DNA of 64,000 nucleotides from Candidatus Velthaea sp. (GTDB taxonomy: Bacteria > Vulcanimicrobiota > Vulcanimicrobiia > Vulcanimicrobiales > Vulcanimicrobiaceae): assembly GCA_965214935.1 (NCBI GenBank), contig CBDCCS010000011.1:32001-96000 (forward strand), given 5' to 3'. Numbering within the stretch: position 1 is the stretch's first letter; every line of letters begins with the position of its first letter. This document shows, piece after piece, positions 53,614 through 63,932 of the stretch. Below the pieces are notes generated by a model, which did no database searches, was not told where the DNA came from, and saw only the letters and a list, made by a program, of their open reading frames with translations. The translations under genes and the position numbers were made by a program.

Positions 53614-56270
53614 TTTCCGGCCGGCCCGGTGACGATCCGAACGAAGTCCTTCGGCCGTATCCACTTGGCAATCGCGGCTTGGACGGTAGCAGGTGAAGCT
53701 GCGAGCATTGCCGCTGCCTCGCGCGTGTACTCATCAAGCGGCTGGTCGCGGACCGCGAGCGTCAGGAACTGCGACGCGATTCCGTCATACGACTCCACCG
53801 ACACCGGCAGCTCCCCGAGTTCGAGCGCCTTCGCACGTGTCAGGCGGTCCGGATCGATCGGCGTCTTTTGTAACGCGGTCAAGTCGTCGACCACAAGTCG
53901 TTCGGCCCGTCCGACATTTTGCGGATCCGCGCCGTAGCCGACCGTAAAGGTCGATCGATTGCGGCCCGGATTGAGCGACGACGATACGCTGTAAACATAA
54001 CCGTGCAGTTCGCGCAGGTCGTGGAAGAGCAGCGAGGCGTAAAATCCGCCGCTCAGAACGGCATTTGCTAAACGCAAGACCGGATAGTCGCTGTCGTTGT
54101 ACGTCAGCGGCATAATTTCCGATAGCTCGACCTCGGATTGGATTCGTCCGGTTGCCGGAATCGTGGCGGTTTGTGCCCGGTTCAACGGAACCTTCGGCGG
54201 AAACAAATCCGGTTTCGGGCCTGCAGCTTGCCACTGTCCGAAGTACTTTTCAACCGTCGTGCGTGCGGCGTCGGGCGAGATATCGCCGATGACCACGATG
54301 GTCGTCAAGTCGGGACGGTACGTGGTCGTAAAGGCGTGCTTGACGTCGTCGAGACTAACGTTCGCGGCGGTTGCCGGCGTTTCGGTTCGCCGCGACGGAT
54401 CGCCGGGCGGATACAGGGCCTTGACTAGAGCTTGGCGGGCGAGAAAGTCCGGGCTCTTCACGCTACCGGTCAATTCGCCGACCGTTTGTTGCTTGACGAT
54501 TGCAAAGGCGTCGGCCGGCAGGGCCGGATGCAACTCGTCGTCGGCCAGCAGTTGCATCCCGCGATCGAAATTCTGCGTAAGGACATCGAGCGAAAAGCTT
54601 GGACCGTTCGAGACGTCGGCGGCAATCTTGTCGAGTTCGGCTTGATAGCTCAAACGATTGTACGTCGTGGTTCCGTACGGTAAGAGGGCACTGAGCATAC
54701 CGCCGACGCCGTCTTTTCCGACCGGTTCTTGGACGCCCGGGTTCATCCCGATTTGCCCGCGCACGACGATCGTATGGGAAATTGCTTCGGGTTGAACGAT
54801 GAGCCGAATACCGTTCGGCAGCATCGACACGACCGGCGCAACTTTTGATTCCGGTACGCGCAAACTTGCCAAGACGTCGCGCGCAAAGGCGGGCAACTCG
54901 GCATGCTCGCTCGGAACGATCGTGTTATCTTCACCCACCCGGCCACCGCCGCCGCCGCCGTTGGCGGATTTCGGTGTGGCGATCGCAACGGTCGCGGTTC
55001 TATTATCGTAGTACGTGCGCAGCACGCGATTGACGTCTGCAACGCTGACGCGCTGTAAGCCGGCAAGATCGTCATCCGGCGTGCGATTTTCAACCGTGAG
55101 CGTCTGGCTCCATAGCGTTGCGAGACCCTGAACGGAGTTACGTGAAAACTCGGCTTGAGCGACTTCGCGCTGTTTTGCAACCTCGACGAGCTCGGCGGGT
55201 AAGCCGGTTTTTTTGTAACCGTCGATCACGGCTTTGATATCGCTGACCGCGGTCGTGCCGGGGGTACTGACCGGTACCGCCGAGCCGACGAGTGACAAGC
55301 CGGCCATCGGAAAAGTTTGCGCTTGCGCGAACGTTTGCAGCGCCTTACCGCTGGCCGCCAAATCGAAAAGCGCGCCGCGTTGACTGTTGAGTACGTCGTT
55401 GAGGATTTCGGAAGCGAAGTAATCCGGATCGGCATAGCCCGGCACACGGTAACCGACATAGGCCAGCGTGATCGGCTGATCGCTATCGTCCGTATACGTC
55501 GTCGGTGTCAGCGGCCCGAGCGTTACCGCCGGCCGGACCGGAACTGCCTGCGCGGGAATCGGCTCGAAAAGCGCGCGCACCTTCGCGATCGTTGCTTGCG
55601 GATCCACGTCACCGGCAATGACGTAGATCGCATTGTTCGGATGATACCAGCGAGCATAAAAAGCTTTGAGATCGGGCGCTTGTATTTGCTTGAAGCTCGC
55701 GACGGTGCCGAGCCCGGGATCCGCATACGGGGTACCGGCCAAAACGTGCGTGACCATCTTTTCATACAGGCGAAACGACGCATCGCTATTGTCGCGCGTG
55801 ACTTCTTGCGTGATTGCGCCGCGCTCCTGATCCCAGAGCGCCTGTGAATCGAGAACGTTCTGCGCGCGCGATGCTTCGAGATGCAAGGCGATATCCAGAT
55901 ATTGTGCCGGCATCTCAAAGAAGTACTGTGTCATTTCGTTCTGCGTATCGGCGTTGAACGTGCCGCCCGTAATCGCGGTCGTCTCGGAAAACTGCGAAGC
56001 ACTAATGGAGTCGCTGCCGCGAAAAAGCATGTGCTCTTGAGCGTGCGCAAGACCCGTGATCGACTCGTCGTCCGCTCCGGCTTTGTAATTGAGCCAGGTC
56101 GAAACAACTTTGGCCAGCGGATCGCGCAAGACCACAACCTGCAAGCCGTTCTTGAGCGTGGCACGGGTAACGCCGACGGCGCCCGACGCGGCGGGTTGTG
56201 CGCTGACCGGAACGAGCGGCACGAGCGTCAGCGTCACGACGGCAGCGACTAGGCGGATGAACGGTCTCAC
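53610..56270 (-). CDS. Exported M16 (pitrilysin-like) zinc metallopeptidase
   Basis: Signal peptide; LKNGL, HAQEH (HxxEH) and YHPNNA motifs; second half lacks the metal motif. Confidence 0.93.
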   Translation of the reverse strand: MRPFIRLVAAVVTLTLVPLVPVSAQPAASGAVGVTRATLKNGLQVVVLRDPLAKVVSTWLNYKAGADDESITGLAHAQEHMLFRGSDSISASQFSETTAITGGTFNADTQNEMTQYFFEMPAQYLDIALHLEASRAQNVLDSQALWDQERGAITQEVTRDNSDASFRLYEKMVTHVLAGTPYADPGLGTVASFKQIQAPDLKAFYARWYHPNNAIYVIAGDVDPQATIAKVRALFEPIPAQAVPVRPAVTLGPLTPTTYTDDSDQPITLAYVGYRVPGYADPDYFASEILNDVLNSQRGALFDLAASGKALQTFAQAQTFPMAGLSLVGSAVPVSTPGTTAVSDIKAVIDGYKKTGLPAELVEVAKQREVAQAEFSRNSVQGLATLWSQTLTVENRTPDDDLAGLQRVSVADVNRVLRTYYDNRTATVAIATPKSANGGGGGGRVGEDNTIVPSEHAELPAFARDVLASLRVPESKVAPVVSMLPNGIRLIVQPEAISHTIVVRGQIGMNPGVQEPVGKDGVGGMLSALLPYGTTTYNRLSYQAELDKIAADVSNGPSFSLDVLTQNFDRGMQLLADDELHPALPADAFAIVKQQTVGELTGSVKSPDFLARQALVKALYPPGDPSRRTETPATAANVSLDDVKHAFTTTYRPDLTTIVVIGDISPDAARTTVEKYFGQWQAAGPKPDLFPPKVPLNRAQTATIPATGRIQSEVELSEIMPLTYNDSDYPVLRLANAVLSGGFYASLLFHDLRELHGYVYSVSSSLNPGRNRSTFTVGYGADPQNVGRAERLVVDDLTALQKTPIDPDRLTRAKALELGELPVSVESYDGIASQFLTLAVRDQPLDEYTREAAAMLAASPATVQAAIAKWIRPKDFVRIVTGPAGN

Positions 56271-56524
56271 GTTTGAATGCTCCGGAAAACGTAACTTCTA
56301 GCGCCCATTGGACGCCGCAATGGGTGCATACTCTTCCTCGCGTTCAGCGCGCAGTCAACCTTAATCGTACCGGCATTGGACCGATCGTTAATGCAGCTTT
56401 CATTTAACGCTCGCTCCTCGTGCATTTGTCCATACGCTTGACGGTCCGTGAACCGTATGATGAACGCCAGCCGCCGCACGTGCGTGCGTGCGTGCGAGCG
56501 AAACACGTCCGATAGAGGTTCGTC

Positions 56525-59500
56525 GTGCACTATTCTCGCCGGCTTTTAGCCGTAGCGCTTTTGCTACTGTGGAGCATCGGCAGTCTGCCGGCGAAGGCCG
56601 GAACGACCGGTGGACTCAACGGCCGCGTCGTCGACGCGCAGACCCGTCTACCGGTAAGCGGCGCGAACGTCTCCGCCGTATCGCCGTCGGGTAGCGCAAG
56701 TGCGACGACGAACGCTCAAGGTGCATACGCGTTGCTTTCGCTGGCGCCCGATACCTATACGCTCAGCGTGGAGCTTGCCGGCTATCAAACCATTTCTCAG
56801 GCCGGCATTACCGTGCAAGCGGACCAAACGCAGGTACTGGGCTTTACCATCGGTAGAGTCCTTACGACGATCGGACGGACGGCGTCTCGAGCGCTGACGG
56901 ACCTCGTCAAACCGGGCATGACGAGCGATACCTATTCGGTCAGTCCGGCAACGGCACAGGCGGGAGCCGCTTTGGGCGGACCCGGCGGCGTCGATCAAGC
57001 GTATAGTGCGCTTGCGCTCGTCCCGGGCGTTTACGTTCCGCAAGGTCAACAGGGTTGGTACCAGCCGATTTACATTCGCGGCGGCGATCAAGATCAGATC
57101 GGCTACGAACTCGACGGCATTCCGGCAAATCGTTCGTACGACAACGCGCCGATGTCGCTGCTATCAAACGTCGGAACGCAGGAGCTGCAAGTGTACACCG
57201 GCGGCGCGAGCGCGTCATCGGACGGACAAGGCATCTCGGGTTATATCAATTCGGTCGTAAAGAGCGGCACCAGTCCGGGTTTTGCCGCGATCGATTACGG
57301 TTTGGGTTCACCCACGAGTTATCAAAAGGGCACCTTTGAGATCGGCGGCACGGCGGGCCGGTTGAGTTATTACGCCGCGGCGGCGGTGGTCGACCAGAGT
57401 TATCGTTTCTACGATCAAAACAACGGTGCGTTCCAAAACAACAACGGTTACTTCATTCCGAGTTACGGTTATTTGCCCGGCGCCTATGACGGCACGGGCG
57501 GCGGATTCGGCGACCTGCCCGGTTACACGGCCGGGGCGGCACATACCCGCGATCGTGAGAACGTGGTGAATCTTCACTACGGCTTGCCGCATAAGAGCGG
57601 CAACGCTAAAGACGACGTGCAGTTGCTTTACATCACGCAAGAGCTCTACACGGACTCGTATAGCTCGTACAACGATCTGGGCGGTGCGCCGGCGTTCGGT
57701 GGTGCCACGCTGTTGTATCCGGATCAGTACGTCTATAGCGGACCCGTCGGCGCGCCGTTACAAGCGGCGACGAGCCAGTATCTTTTTCCGAACACGCCCG
57801 ACGTGCAGCGTGCCTTTCAAAGTCCGATCGGGCCGAACGTGCGCCAAGTCGCGGACAACGGCTACAGCGTTGAAAAATTGCAATACCAGCACGCGATCGG
57901 CGATCGTGCATACGTGCGCTTTGCGACGTATGGTTCGTATTCGAATTGGTTCATTCACGGACCGGTCTCCGCTCCGTTCATCAACAACTACGTATTACCG
58001 AATCATACCTTCGGCTACAACGCGCTGTTCGCCGATCAAGTAAACGATAAAAATCTGCTGACGCTTTCCGGTTCGATCGCTTCGACCCATGAATCGCGCT
58101 ATTATCCCACCGGAAACTTCTCGGGCAACAACGGCGACCCGAATACGCTCAATCCGCGAGCCGGTGCCTATTCGGTTCTTGCCGGCAGTTACAAAGACGC
58201 TGCGGGGCATTGCTACGACCAGACCAGCGGCGTCTACGCCTCGTGCTTCGGCTCAGCGTCGCAAGCAACGTTTGATTCTTATACCGGCCTATTCGCGCCG
58301 TACATGACGGCACCGGCGGGTTCGGCTGCGGCGCTCAACGGCGCCCAGTGGATCGCAACGGAAAACGGAACGAACGGCAACCTAAATCAAGTCGATCCGA
58401 TTCTCTACGCAGCGTCGATCAGCGATCAATGGAATCCGACGGACCGTTTAACGATCAACGCCGGCGTGCGAATCGAACGTTATCTCGATCGCTTCATCGA
58501 TGAAGCTGCCGGCTATCCGGCACGTCCGTTCTGGGTGAACGCATACAACAGCGAATACTGTTCGGGTCCTGCGCTTAGCGCGCCGGTCAACGCAGGTGTC
58601 GACCCGGGAACCGGCTTGCGTTTGCCATGCCCGAGCGGAACCAATCCGGTGAACCTGTCTTTGAATTCGCCGAAAAATGAATCGAACTCGGTTTTTGAAC
58701 CGCGCGTCGGCGCGACGTTGAGCCTCAGTCCGGATCGCGTCGTGCGCGCGTCGTACGGCACGTATGCGCGGCCGCCCAATGCGTCGTGGGTGCAATACGG
58801 CGTGACTCAGCAAGATCTGGCCAGTTACATCGGGTCGCGCTTTTACAGTCAGTACGGCTTCACGAGTCCGGCTCACGATCTACGGCCCGACACGTCGCAC
58901 AATTTTGATGTGTCGTACGAACAGCATCTGCACGGCACCGATCTGAGCTTCAAGCTTTCGCCGTATTACCGCGGCACCATGGATCAATTCGAAAACATTT
59001 TCTTGAATTCCGGTGGTGCGGAATCGGGGATCAACATCGGACGCGAGCGCTCGTTCGGGGTCGAGTTCGCATTCACCAAGGGTAGTTTTGCACGCGACGG
59101 CTTTGCCGCCCAGTTGTCGTTTACGTACGACTACAGCCGCTTTCGCTATTCCAAATTCGCGAGCGGTAATAGCGTGATCGATCTCATCAACAACAATCTT
59201 AAAACGTACAACGCATACACCGCGGCGTGCGCTGCAAATCCGGCCGCCGGCTTGTGCGGAAGCACGACGACCGGCGCCCCCGCTGCGCCGTGCTACAGCC
59301 CTGCGGGCGCCGCCGTCGCTTGCGGCACGCCCGGCGCGGTATCGAATCCTTACTTCGGCTTAGCGCCGCAGCATTTGTTCGATCCGAATGCGGAGTACCT
59401 GCCGTACGATGCAATCCCCGATCAGCCGTTCTTAGGTGGAAACGGCTTCGGCGCACCCGAGGTCGCGACGCTGTTGCTCAACTATAAGAAAAGCCGGTTT

Positions 59501-59947
59501 ACGCTGACGCCGAGTCTGACGTTTTCTTCAGGTTCGGACTATGGCTCGCCGTTATCGACTGCCGGCGTGGATCCGGCGACCGGCGGGTCGATCATCGTGC
59601 CGAACCCGTATACCGGGCAATTCGACAACATGGGCGCCTTCTCGCAGCCCTGGCGCCTAACGAGCAACCTGCAGTTCGGCTATGTACTGTCGCCGCGCGT
59701 TCATGCGACGTTGACGTTAACGAGTCTCACCGATACGTGCGTCCAGCGCGGCTACGCTTGGGATCGGGCCGGGATCTGCGCTTATTCGACGTTGCCGTTC
59801 GGAGCAGCGTTCAACGCCCCGGTTTCGGCGGCCACCGATCCGAATCTACGCTATCCTTATTCGGTTCAGCAAGGCAACAACAACACAACCTTCGTCGGGA
59901 CGAAGATTCCGTTCCAAGCTTACCTCAACATCCAGCTCAAGATTTGA
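56525..59947 (+). CDS. TonB-dependent receptor-like outer-membrane protein with N-terminal carboxypeptidase-regulatory-like domain
   Basis: Signal peptide; G.V.D.....PVSGA.V, plug IRGG...DGIP, beta-strand-rich barrel, terminal amphipathic strand YLNIQLKI. Confidence 0.88.
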   Translation: MHYSRRLLAVALLLLWSIGSLPAKAGTTGGLNGRVVDAQTRLPVSGANVSAVSPSGSASATTNAQGAYALLSLAPDTYTLSVELAGYQTISQAGITVQADQTQVLGFTIGRVLTTIGRTASRALTDLVKPGMTSDTYSVSPATAQAGAALGGPGGVDQAYSALALVPGVYVPQGQQGWYQPIYIRGGDQDQIGYELDGIPANRSYDNAPMSLLSNVGTQELQVYTGGASASSDGQGISGYINSVVKSGTSPGFAAIDYGLGSPTSYQKGTFEIGGTAGRLSYYAAAAVVDQSYRFYDQNNGAFQNNNGYFIPSYGYLPGAYDGTGGGFGDLPGYTAGAAHTRDRENVVNLHYGLPHKSGNAKDDVQLLYITQELYTDSYSSYNDLGGAPAFGGATLLYPDQYVYSGPVGAPLQAATSQYLFPNTPDVQRAFQSPIGPNVRQVADNGYSVEKLQYQHAIGDRAYVRFATYGSYSNWFIHGPVSAPFINNYVLPNHTFGYNALFADQVNDKNLLTLSGSIASTHESRYYPTGNFSGNNGDPNTLNPRAGAYSVLAGSYKDAAGHCYDQTSGVYASCFGSASQATFDSYTGLFAPYMTAPAGSAAALNGAQWIATENGTNGNLNQVDPILYAASISDQWNPTDRLTINAGVRIERYLDRFIDEAAGYPARPFWVNAYNSEYCSGPALSAPVNAGVDPGTGLRLPCPSGTNPVNLSLNSPKNESNSVFEPRVGATLSLSPDRVVRASYGTYARPPNASWVQYGVTQQDLASYIGSRFYSQYGFTSPAHDLRPDTSHNFDVSYEQHLHGTDLSFKLSPYYRGTMDQFENIFLNSGGAESGINIGRERSFGVEFAFTKGSFARDGFAAQLSFTYDYSRFRYSKFASGNSVIDLINNNLKTYNAYTAACAANPAAGLCGSTTTGAPAAPCYSPAGAAVACGTPGAVSNPYFGLAPQHLFDPNAEYLPYDAIPDQPFLGGNGFGAPEVATLLLNYKKSRFTLTPSLTFSSGSDYGSPLSTAGVDPATGGSIIVPNPYTGQFDNMGAFSQPWRLTSNLQFGYVLSPRVHATLTLTSLTDTCVQRGYAWDRAGICAYSTLPFGAAFNAPVSAATDPNLRYPYSVQQGNNNTTFVGTKIPFQAYLNIQLKI

Positions 59948-60010
59948 GCCGGGTTGCGGGCCGTAAGAAGCCACGGCGTCCGGCCTGGTCGAGCCGAAAG
60001 CCGTGCCGGG

Positions 60011-60039
60011 TTGTCAGTGGACGGCGGTCTTGATATAAT
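60011..60039 (+). promoter_or_regulatory. Sigma-70-type promoter of rplK-rplA
   Basis: TTGTCA-17 nt-TATAAT with extended -10 TG. Confidence 0.85.
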
Positions 60040-60152
60040 TACGCGTCACGCGGCGCAAGCCGTCTGCGTCGGGCGAACCGGACCCCAGTTCGCCCGACTC
60101 TTTGGAACGGGGGCAGACCCGCACGCTCGAGCGTGCCGTCGAAAGGTAACTC

Positions 60153-60578
60153 ATGGCAAAAAAAGTCGTTGGTAAAATCGGTCTCGCGCTCAACGCCGGC
60201 AAGGCGACGCCCGCGCCGCCGGTCGGCCCGGCACTAGGGCCGTATTCGCTCAATATTATGGATTTCTGCAAACAGTACAACGAGCGTACGCAGAGCCAAG
60301 TCGGGATGATCATCCCGGTCGAAATCACGGTCTTCGACGATCGGACGTTCACGTTCATCACCAAGACGCCGCCGGCGTCGTTTCTGATCAAGCGCGCGCT
60401 GGGGATCCAGTCGGGTTCAAAGGAGCCGAATCGCAACAAGGTCGGTAAGCTTACCGCCGCGCAAATTCGCGAGATTGCCACCACCAAAATGCCGGATCTC
60501 AATGCCAATGACATCGACATGGCAATGAACATCATCGCCGGCACGGCGCGTTCGATGGGTGTGGAGGTCGCTTCGTAA
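60153..60578 (+). CDS. rplK: 50S ribosomal protein L11
   Basis: [24 protein letters not shown] and GTARSMG motifs. Confidence 0.99.
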   Translation: MAKKVVGKIGLALNAGKATPAPPVGPALGPYSLNIMDFCKQYNERTQSQVGMIIPVEITVFDDRTFTFITKTPPASFLIKRALGIQSGSKEPNRNKVGKLTAAQIREIATTKMPDLNANDIDMAMNIIAGTARSMGVEVAS

Positions 60579-61288
60579 TGGCACGCGAGTACGGTAAGCG
60601 GCTCAAAGCCGTTGCGGCGTCGTTCGATCGCGAGCGTCTGTACGATGCGGTCGAAGCGACCGGCTTAGTCAAGCAAAACGCGAATGCCAAATTCAACGAA
60701 ACGATCGAGATTCACGTCCGGCTTGGTGTCGACCCCAAGAAGTCGGACCAAAACGTGCGCGGCGTCGTGAACTTGCCGCACGGGACCGGGCGCACGGTGC
60801 GCGTGATCGTGTTTGCCAAGGGCGACAACGCCCGTGCAGCGGAAGCTGCCGGCGCCGATATCGTCGGTGAAGCGGATCTTATCGAGCGGGTGAAGGGCGG
60901 TTTCACGGAATTCGACGTTGCCGTTGCGACGCCGGACATGATGGCGCAAATCGGTAAGGAACTCGGCCGTATCCTCGCTCAGAAAATGCCGAATCCAAAG
61001 TCCGGAACGGTAACGCCGAATCCGGCCGCCGCCGTGCGCGACATCAAGGCCGGTAAGGTCGAATACCGTCTTGATAAGACCGGAATCATTCATGCAATCG
61101 TCGGTAAAGCCAGTTTCGAGCAGAGCCAGCTTTCGGAAAACGTCGCGACGCTGCTCGACGCGATCGTACGTGCGAAACCGGCTGCGGCCAAAGGGACGTA
61201 TCTGCGCTCGATTTCGCTCACGAGCACGATGGGTCCGGGAGTGAAGGTCGATCCAAGCCGGATCCGGACGACTGCCGCTACAGCTTAA
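60578..61288 (+). CDS. rplA: 50S ribosomal protein L1
   Basis: [29 protein letters not shown] and STMGPG motifs. Confidence 0.99.
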   Translation: MAREYGKRLKAVAASFDRERLYDAVEATGLVKQNANAKFNETIEIHVRLGVDPKKSDQNVRGVVNLPHGTGRTVRVIVFAKGDNARAAEAAGADIVGEADLIERVKGGFTEFDVAVATPDMMAQIGKELGRILAQKMPNPKSGTVTPNPAAAVRDIKAGKVEYRLDKTGIIHAIVGKASFEQSQLSENVATLLDAIVRAKPAAAKGTYLRSISLTSTMGPGVKVDPSRIRTTAATA

Positions 61289-61308
61289 GCTGCCGGCGGC
61301 CGATGACT

Positions 61309-61354
61309 ACGAGAAGGCCTCGATGCCGTTGCGACGGCGCGAGGCCTTTCTCGT
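61309..61354. terminator. Hairpin terminator between rplA and the convergent GNAT gene
   Basis: ACGAGAAGGCCTCG ... CGAGGCCTTTCTCGT inverted repeat. Confidence 0.75.
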
Positions 61355-61370
61355 GCGTACGGACGCGGCG

Positions 61371-62162
61371 TCAGCGTCGCGTGAAGCGCCGCCGCACGTA
61401 GGCGGCTCGCCAGCCGGTCGCATCAGCGCCGGCTACCTCTTCGGATCCCGGCGCTGCCGCCATGCAAGCGAAGGTTGCCCCGCGCGAACGCCCGAGTGCT
61501 AAACGCGCCGTCGTGAGTGCCGCTTCAACACCGCGGCCCCGAAACGCCGGCAAGGTGGAGGAACAAAAGAGAAACGCGACGTCGCCCGTCACGCCGAGCG
61601 CCCCGCCGCCCGCGAGTTTCCCGTCGAGGCGCACGGCAACGAGCGAGCTCGCGGCCGTTGCGCAAAGATACGTCGTCCGCCGAGTCCGCTCGGCTTGAGC
61701 CGCATCGACTGAATCGCTTAGCCCGGCGACGACTAAGTCGGTCCACTCAATGCGCCGCGAGGTCAAGGTTTCGATTGAGAAGCGTTCCGGAATTTCGCCA
61801 TCGGAACCGATCTCGCGCTCGAGCATCACCGTCGTCCGTCCGGCACGATAGTCCCAGCGCGCGAGCAGCCGCGCATCGCGTTCGGCCACCAGCGGATGCA
61901 ATTCAAGTTGCGACGGCAGCTGCCGACTCCCATAAAACTCGTCGACGATGCGTAAATCGTCTTCGCGCAGCGGCCGCGAGCTGCCGACGCCCAGGCCGTA
62001 CTCGATCGACGACCCTTGCAGACAGATCGCATAACCGCCGGCCACCGGGACCGCTCCGGTGTCGCGTGTATCGTCCGTTGTCGGAATGTTGCGCGCGTAT
62101 GTCGCCCAATACGCCGCTTCGGCACGTTCGGCACGCATCGCGTCGACCGTTACAAGTCCCAT
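61371..62162 (-). CDS. GNAT-family acetyltransferase-like protein
   Basis: C-terminal TLPAFRGRGV..AL...RL motif A; start uncertain (62162 or 62138). Confidence 0.75.
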   Translation of the reverse strand: MGLVTVDAMRAERAEAAYWATYARNIPTTDDTRDTGAVPVAGGYAICLQGSSIEYGLGVGSSRPLREDDLRIVDEFYGSRQLPSQLELHPLVAERDARLLARWDYRAGRTTVMLEREIGSDGEIPERFSIETLTSRRIEWTDLVVAGLSDSVDAAQAERTRRTTYLCATAASSLVAVRLDGKLAGGGALGVTGDVAFLFCSSTLPAFRGRGVEAALTTARLALGRSRGATFACMAAAPGSEEVAGADATGWRAAYVRRRFTRR

Positions 62163-62219
62163 CCTTGACCCGCTACCCGCTTCTGTGATAAAACCTTCAT
62201 TGGCTCCAATGACCGTTGG

Positions 62220-62354
62220 TCCGGTAGACGCTCCGGATAATGTCGTCAAACCCGACGACGCCAGCCGAGGATGCGCTTCGATCTCAGTAACGCCGAATGT
62301 GCGTTGATTGTTCGTTTCGCGCCTCGTCGATTGTCGGCGGAGGCGTTTTCATTT
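62220..62354 (+). promoter_or_regulatory. Ribosomal protein L10 leader (autoregulatory RNA) with attenuator
   Basis: GTAGAC-GCT...ATAAT...AGC-CGAGG kink-turn-like core, then CGCCTC...GAGGCG-TTTTCATTT terminator before rplJ. Confidence 0.7.
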
Positions 62355-62371
62355 CAAGAAACGAGAATTCG

Positions 62372-62905
62372 ATGCCGACCGCCAAAAAAGAAGCGACGAT
62401 CGAAGAACTCCGCGAGCGAATTGCGGCAGCGAAAAATCTGTTCTTCACCAATTATGCCGGATTGACGGTTGCCGAAGTAACAAAACTTCGGAGCGAACTG
62501 CGCAAGAGCGGCGATACGTACGCCATCATCAAGAACACGCTGTTCTCGATCGCCGCGGGCGAAGAGGTCGCGAAGCCGCTCGAATCGTTCCTCGCCGGTC
62601 CGACCGGCGTCGTCTTTGCCGGTGCCGATCCGGTTGCGCCGGCCAAGGCACTTAAGACATTCTCCGACAGCACGAAGCCGCTCGAAATAAAAGCGGCTTG
62701 GATCGACGGCAAAGTCGTCGATGCAGCGCAAGTCGGTATTCTCGCGTCATTGCCGCCGAAGATCGAGCTCTTGAGCCGGCTCGTCGGTTCGCTCAAGAGT
62801 CCGCTCTTCGGGCTCGTTTATGTCCTGTCCGGAAATCAAAGCGGCTTAGTCCGCGCACTCAACGCGATCCGCGAGCAGAAGGCTGCCGCCGAGACCGCAG
62901 CCTAA
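62372..62905 (+). CDS. rplJ: 50S ribosomal protein L10
   Basis: Y.GLTVAE...LR..LR, KNTL, GPT and LASLP motifs. Confidence 0.97.
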   Translation: MPTAKKEATIEELRERIAAAKNLFFTNYAGLTVAEVTKLRSELRKSGDTYAIIKNTLFSIAAGEEVAKPLESFLAGPTGVVFAGADPVAPAKALKTFSDSTKPLEIKAAWIDGKVVDAAQVGILASLPPKIELLSRLVGSLKSPLFGLVYVLSGNQSGLVRALNAIREQKAAAETAA

Positions 62906-62925
62906 GCTTCTAGGAGTACGACATC

Positions 62926-63294
62926 ATGGCACTTGCCGAGCTCATCGAACAAATCGATAAACTCACGGTTCTTGAACTTTCCGATCTCGTCAAACAGCTC
63001 GAGGAAAAATACGGCGTAAGCGCCGCCGCTCCGGCCGCTGCCGCAGCGCCGGCGGCCGCCGCCGCTGCTCCGGTTGCGGAGAAGACCGAATTCGACGTCA
63101 TCCTGACCGATTTCGGCGCTGAGAAAATCAAGGTCATCAAGGCCGTTCGCGAGATCACGTCGCTTGGATTGACCGAAGCGAAATCGTTCGTCGAAAGCGC
63201 GCCCAAGGCCGTCAAGGAAGGCATCACCAAAGACGAAGCCGAGACGATCAAGAAGAAACTTGAAGATGCCGGTGCGAAAGTGGACATCAAGTAA
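62926..63294 (+). CDS. rplL: 50S ribosomal protein L7/L12
   Basis: [20 protein letters not shown], Ala hinge, EKTEFDV and KIKVIKAVR motifs; AGGAG RBS. Confidence 0.99.
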   Translation: MALAELIEQIDKLTVLELSDLVKQLEEKYGVSAAAPAAAAAPAAAAAAPVAEKTEFDVILTDFGAEKIKVIKAVREITSLGLTEAKSFVESAPKAVKEGITKDEAETIKKKLEDAGAKVDIK

Positions 63295-63341
63295 GCTTCG
63301 CTCGGCAGCGGCCGTGCCAGGAAGCGTAAGCTTCCCGGTAT

Positions 63342-63932
63342 TTACGCGATCGAACGATGCGAACGGCGCGTATAGCGGAACAACTCGAAGATTGCAGCAA
63401 CGACGTCCGCGTCGAATTGCGGACCAGCATTTTCTGCTAGTGTTTCAAGCGCGTCGTTCGGAAGCATTGCGCGCCGGTACGATCGCTCGGTGGTCATAGC
63501 GTGAAAGGCATCGGCAACGGCAATAACGCGTGCTTCGGGCGGTATCTCGTGCGAGGCAAGGCGATCGGGATATCCGTCACCGTCCATTCGCTCGTGATGT
63601 GCACGGACGATCGGTGCGAGATGCGCAAGTTTCGAGATATCGAGTAATGCCGCTGCTCCAAGCTCGGCATGCAGGCGCATCTCATGCCACTCATCGGCAG
63701 TGAGTGCTCCGGGCTTACTCAGCACGTCTTTGCGGACGCCCACTTTCCCGATATCGTGTAAGCGCGCCGCCAGCTCGATAGTGACGACCTGTACGTCCGG
63801 CAGGTCCATCGCAAGGGCAATTCGCCGCGCGAGAGCGGCCGTTGCATCGAGGTGAATGGCCGTATCCCGATCATGCATCCCAACGACGCGAACAAGGCCC
63901 GCGGCAAGCTCCGCGATATCGGAATCGTTCAT
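63342..63932 (-). CDS. HD-GYP domain protein (cyclic di-nucleotide phosphodiesterase family)
   Basis: LHDIGK, KPG.LT..EW, HHERMDGDGYP and VADAFHAMT..R.YR motifs; TAAGGA RBS before ATG 63932. Confidence 0.92.
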   Translation of the reverse strand: MNDSDIAELAAGLVRVVGMHDRDTAIHLDATAALARRIALAMDLPDVQVVTIELAARLHDIGKVGVRKDVLSKPGALTADEWHEMRLHAELGAAALLDISKLAHLAPIVRAHHERMDGDGYPDRLASHEIPPEARVIAVADAFHAMTTERSYRRAMLPNDALETLAENAGPQFDADVVAAIFELFRYTRRSHRSIA

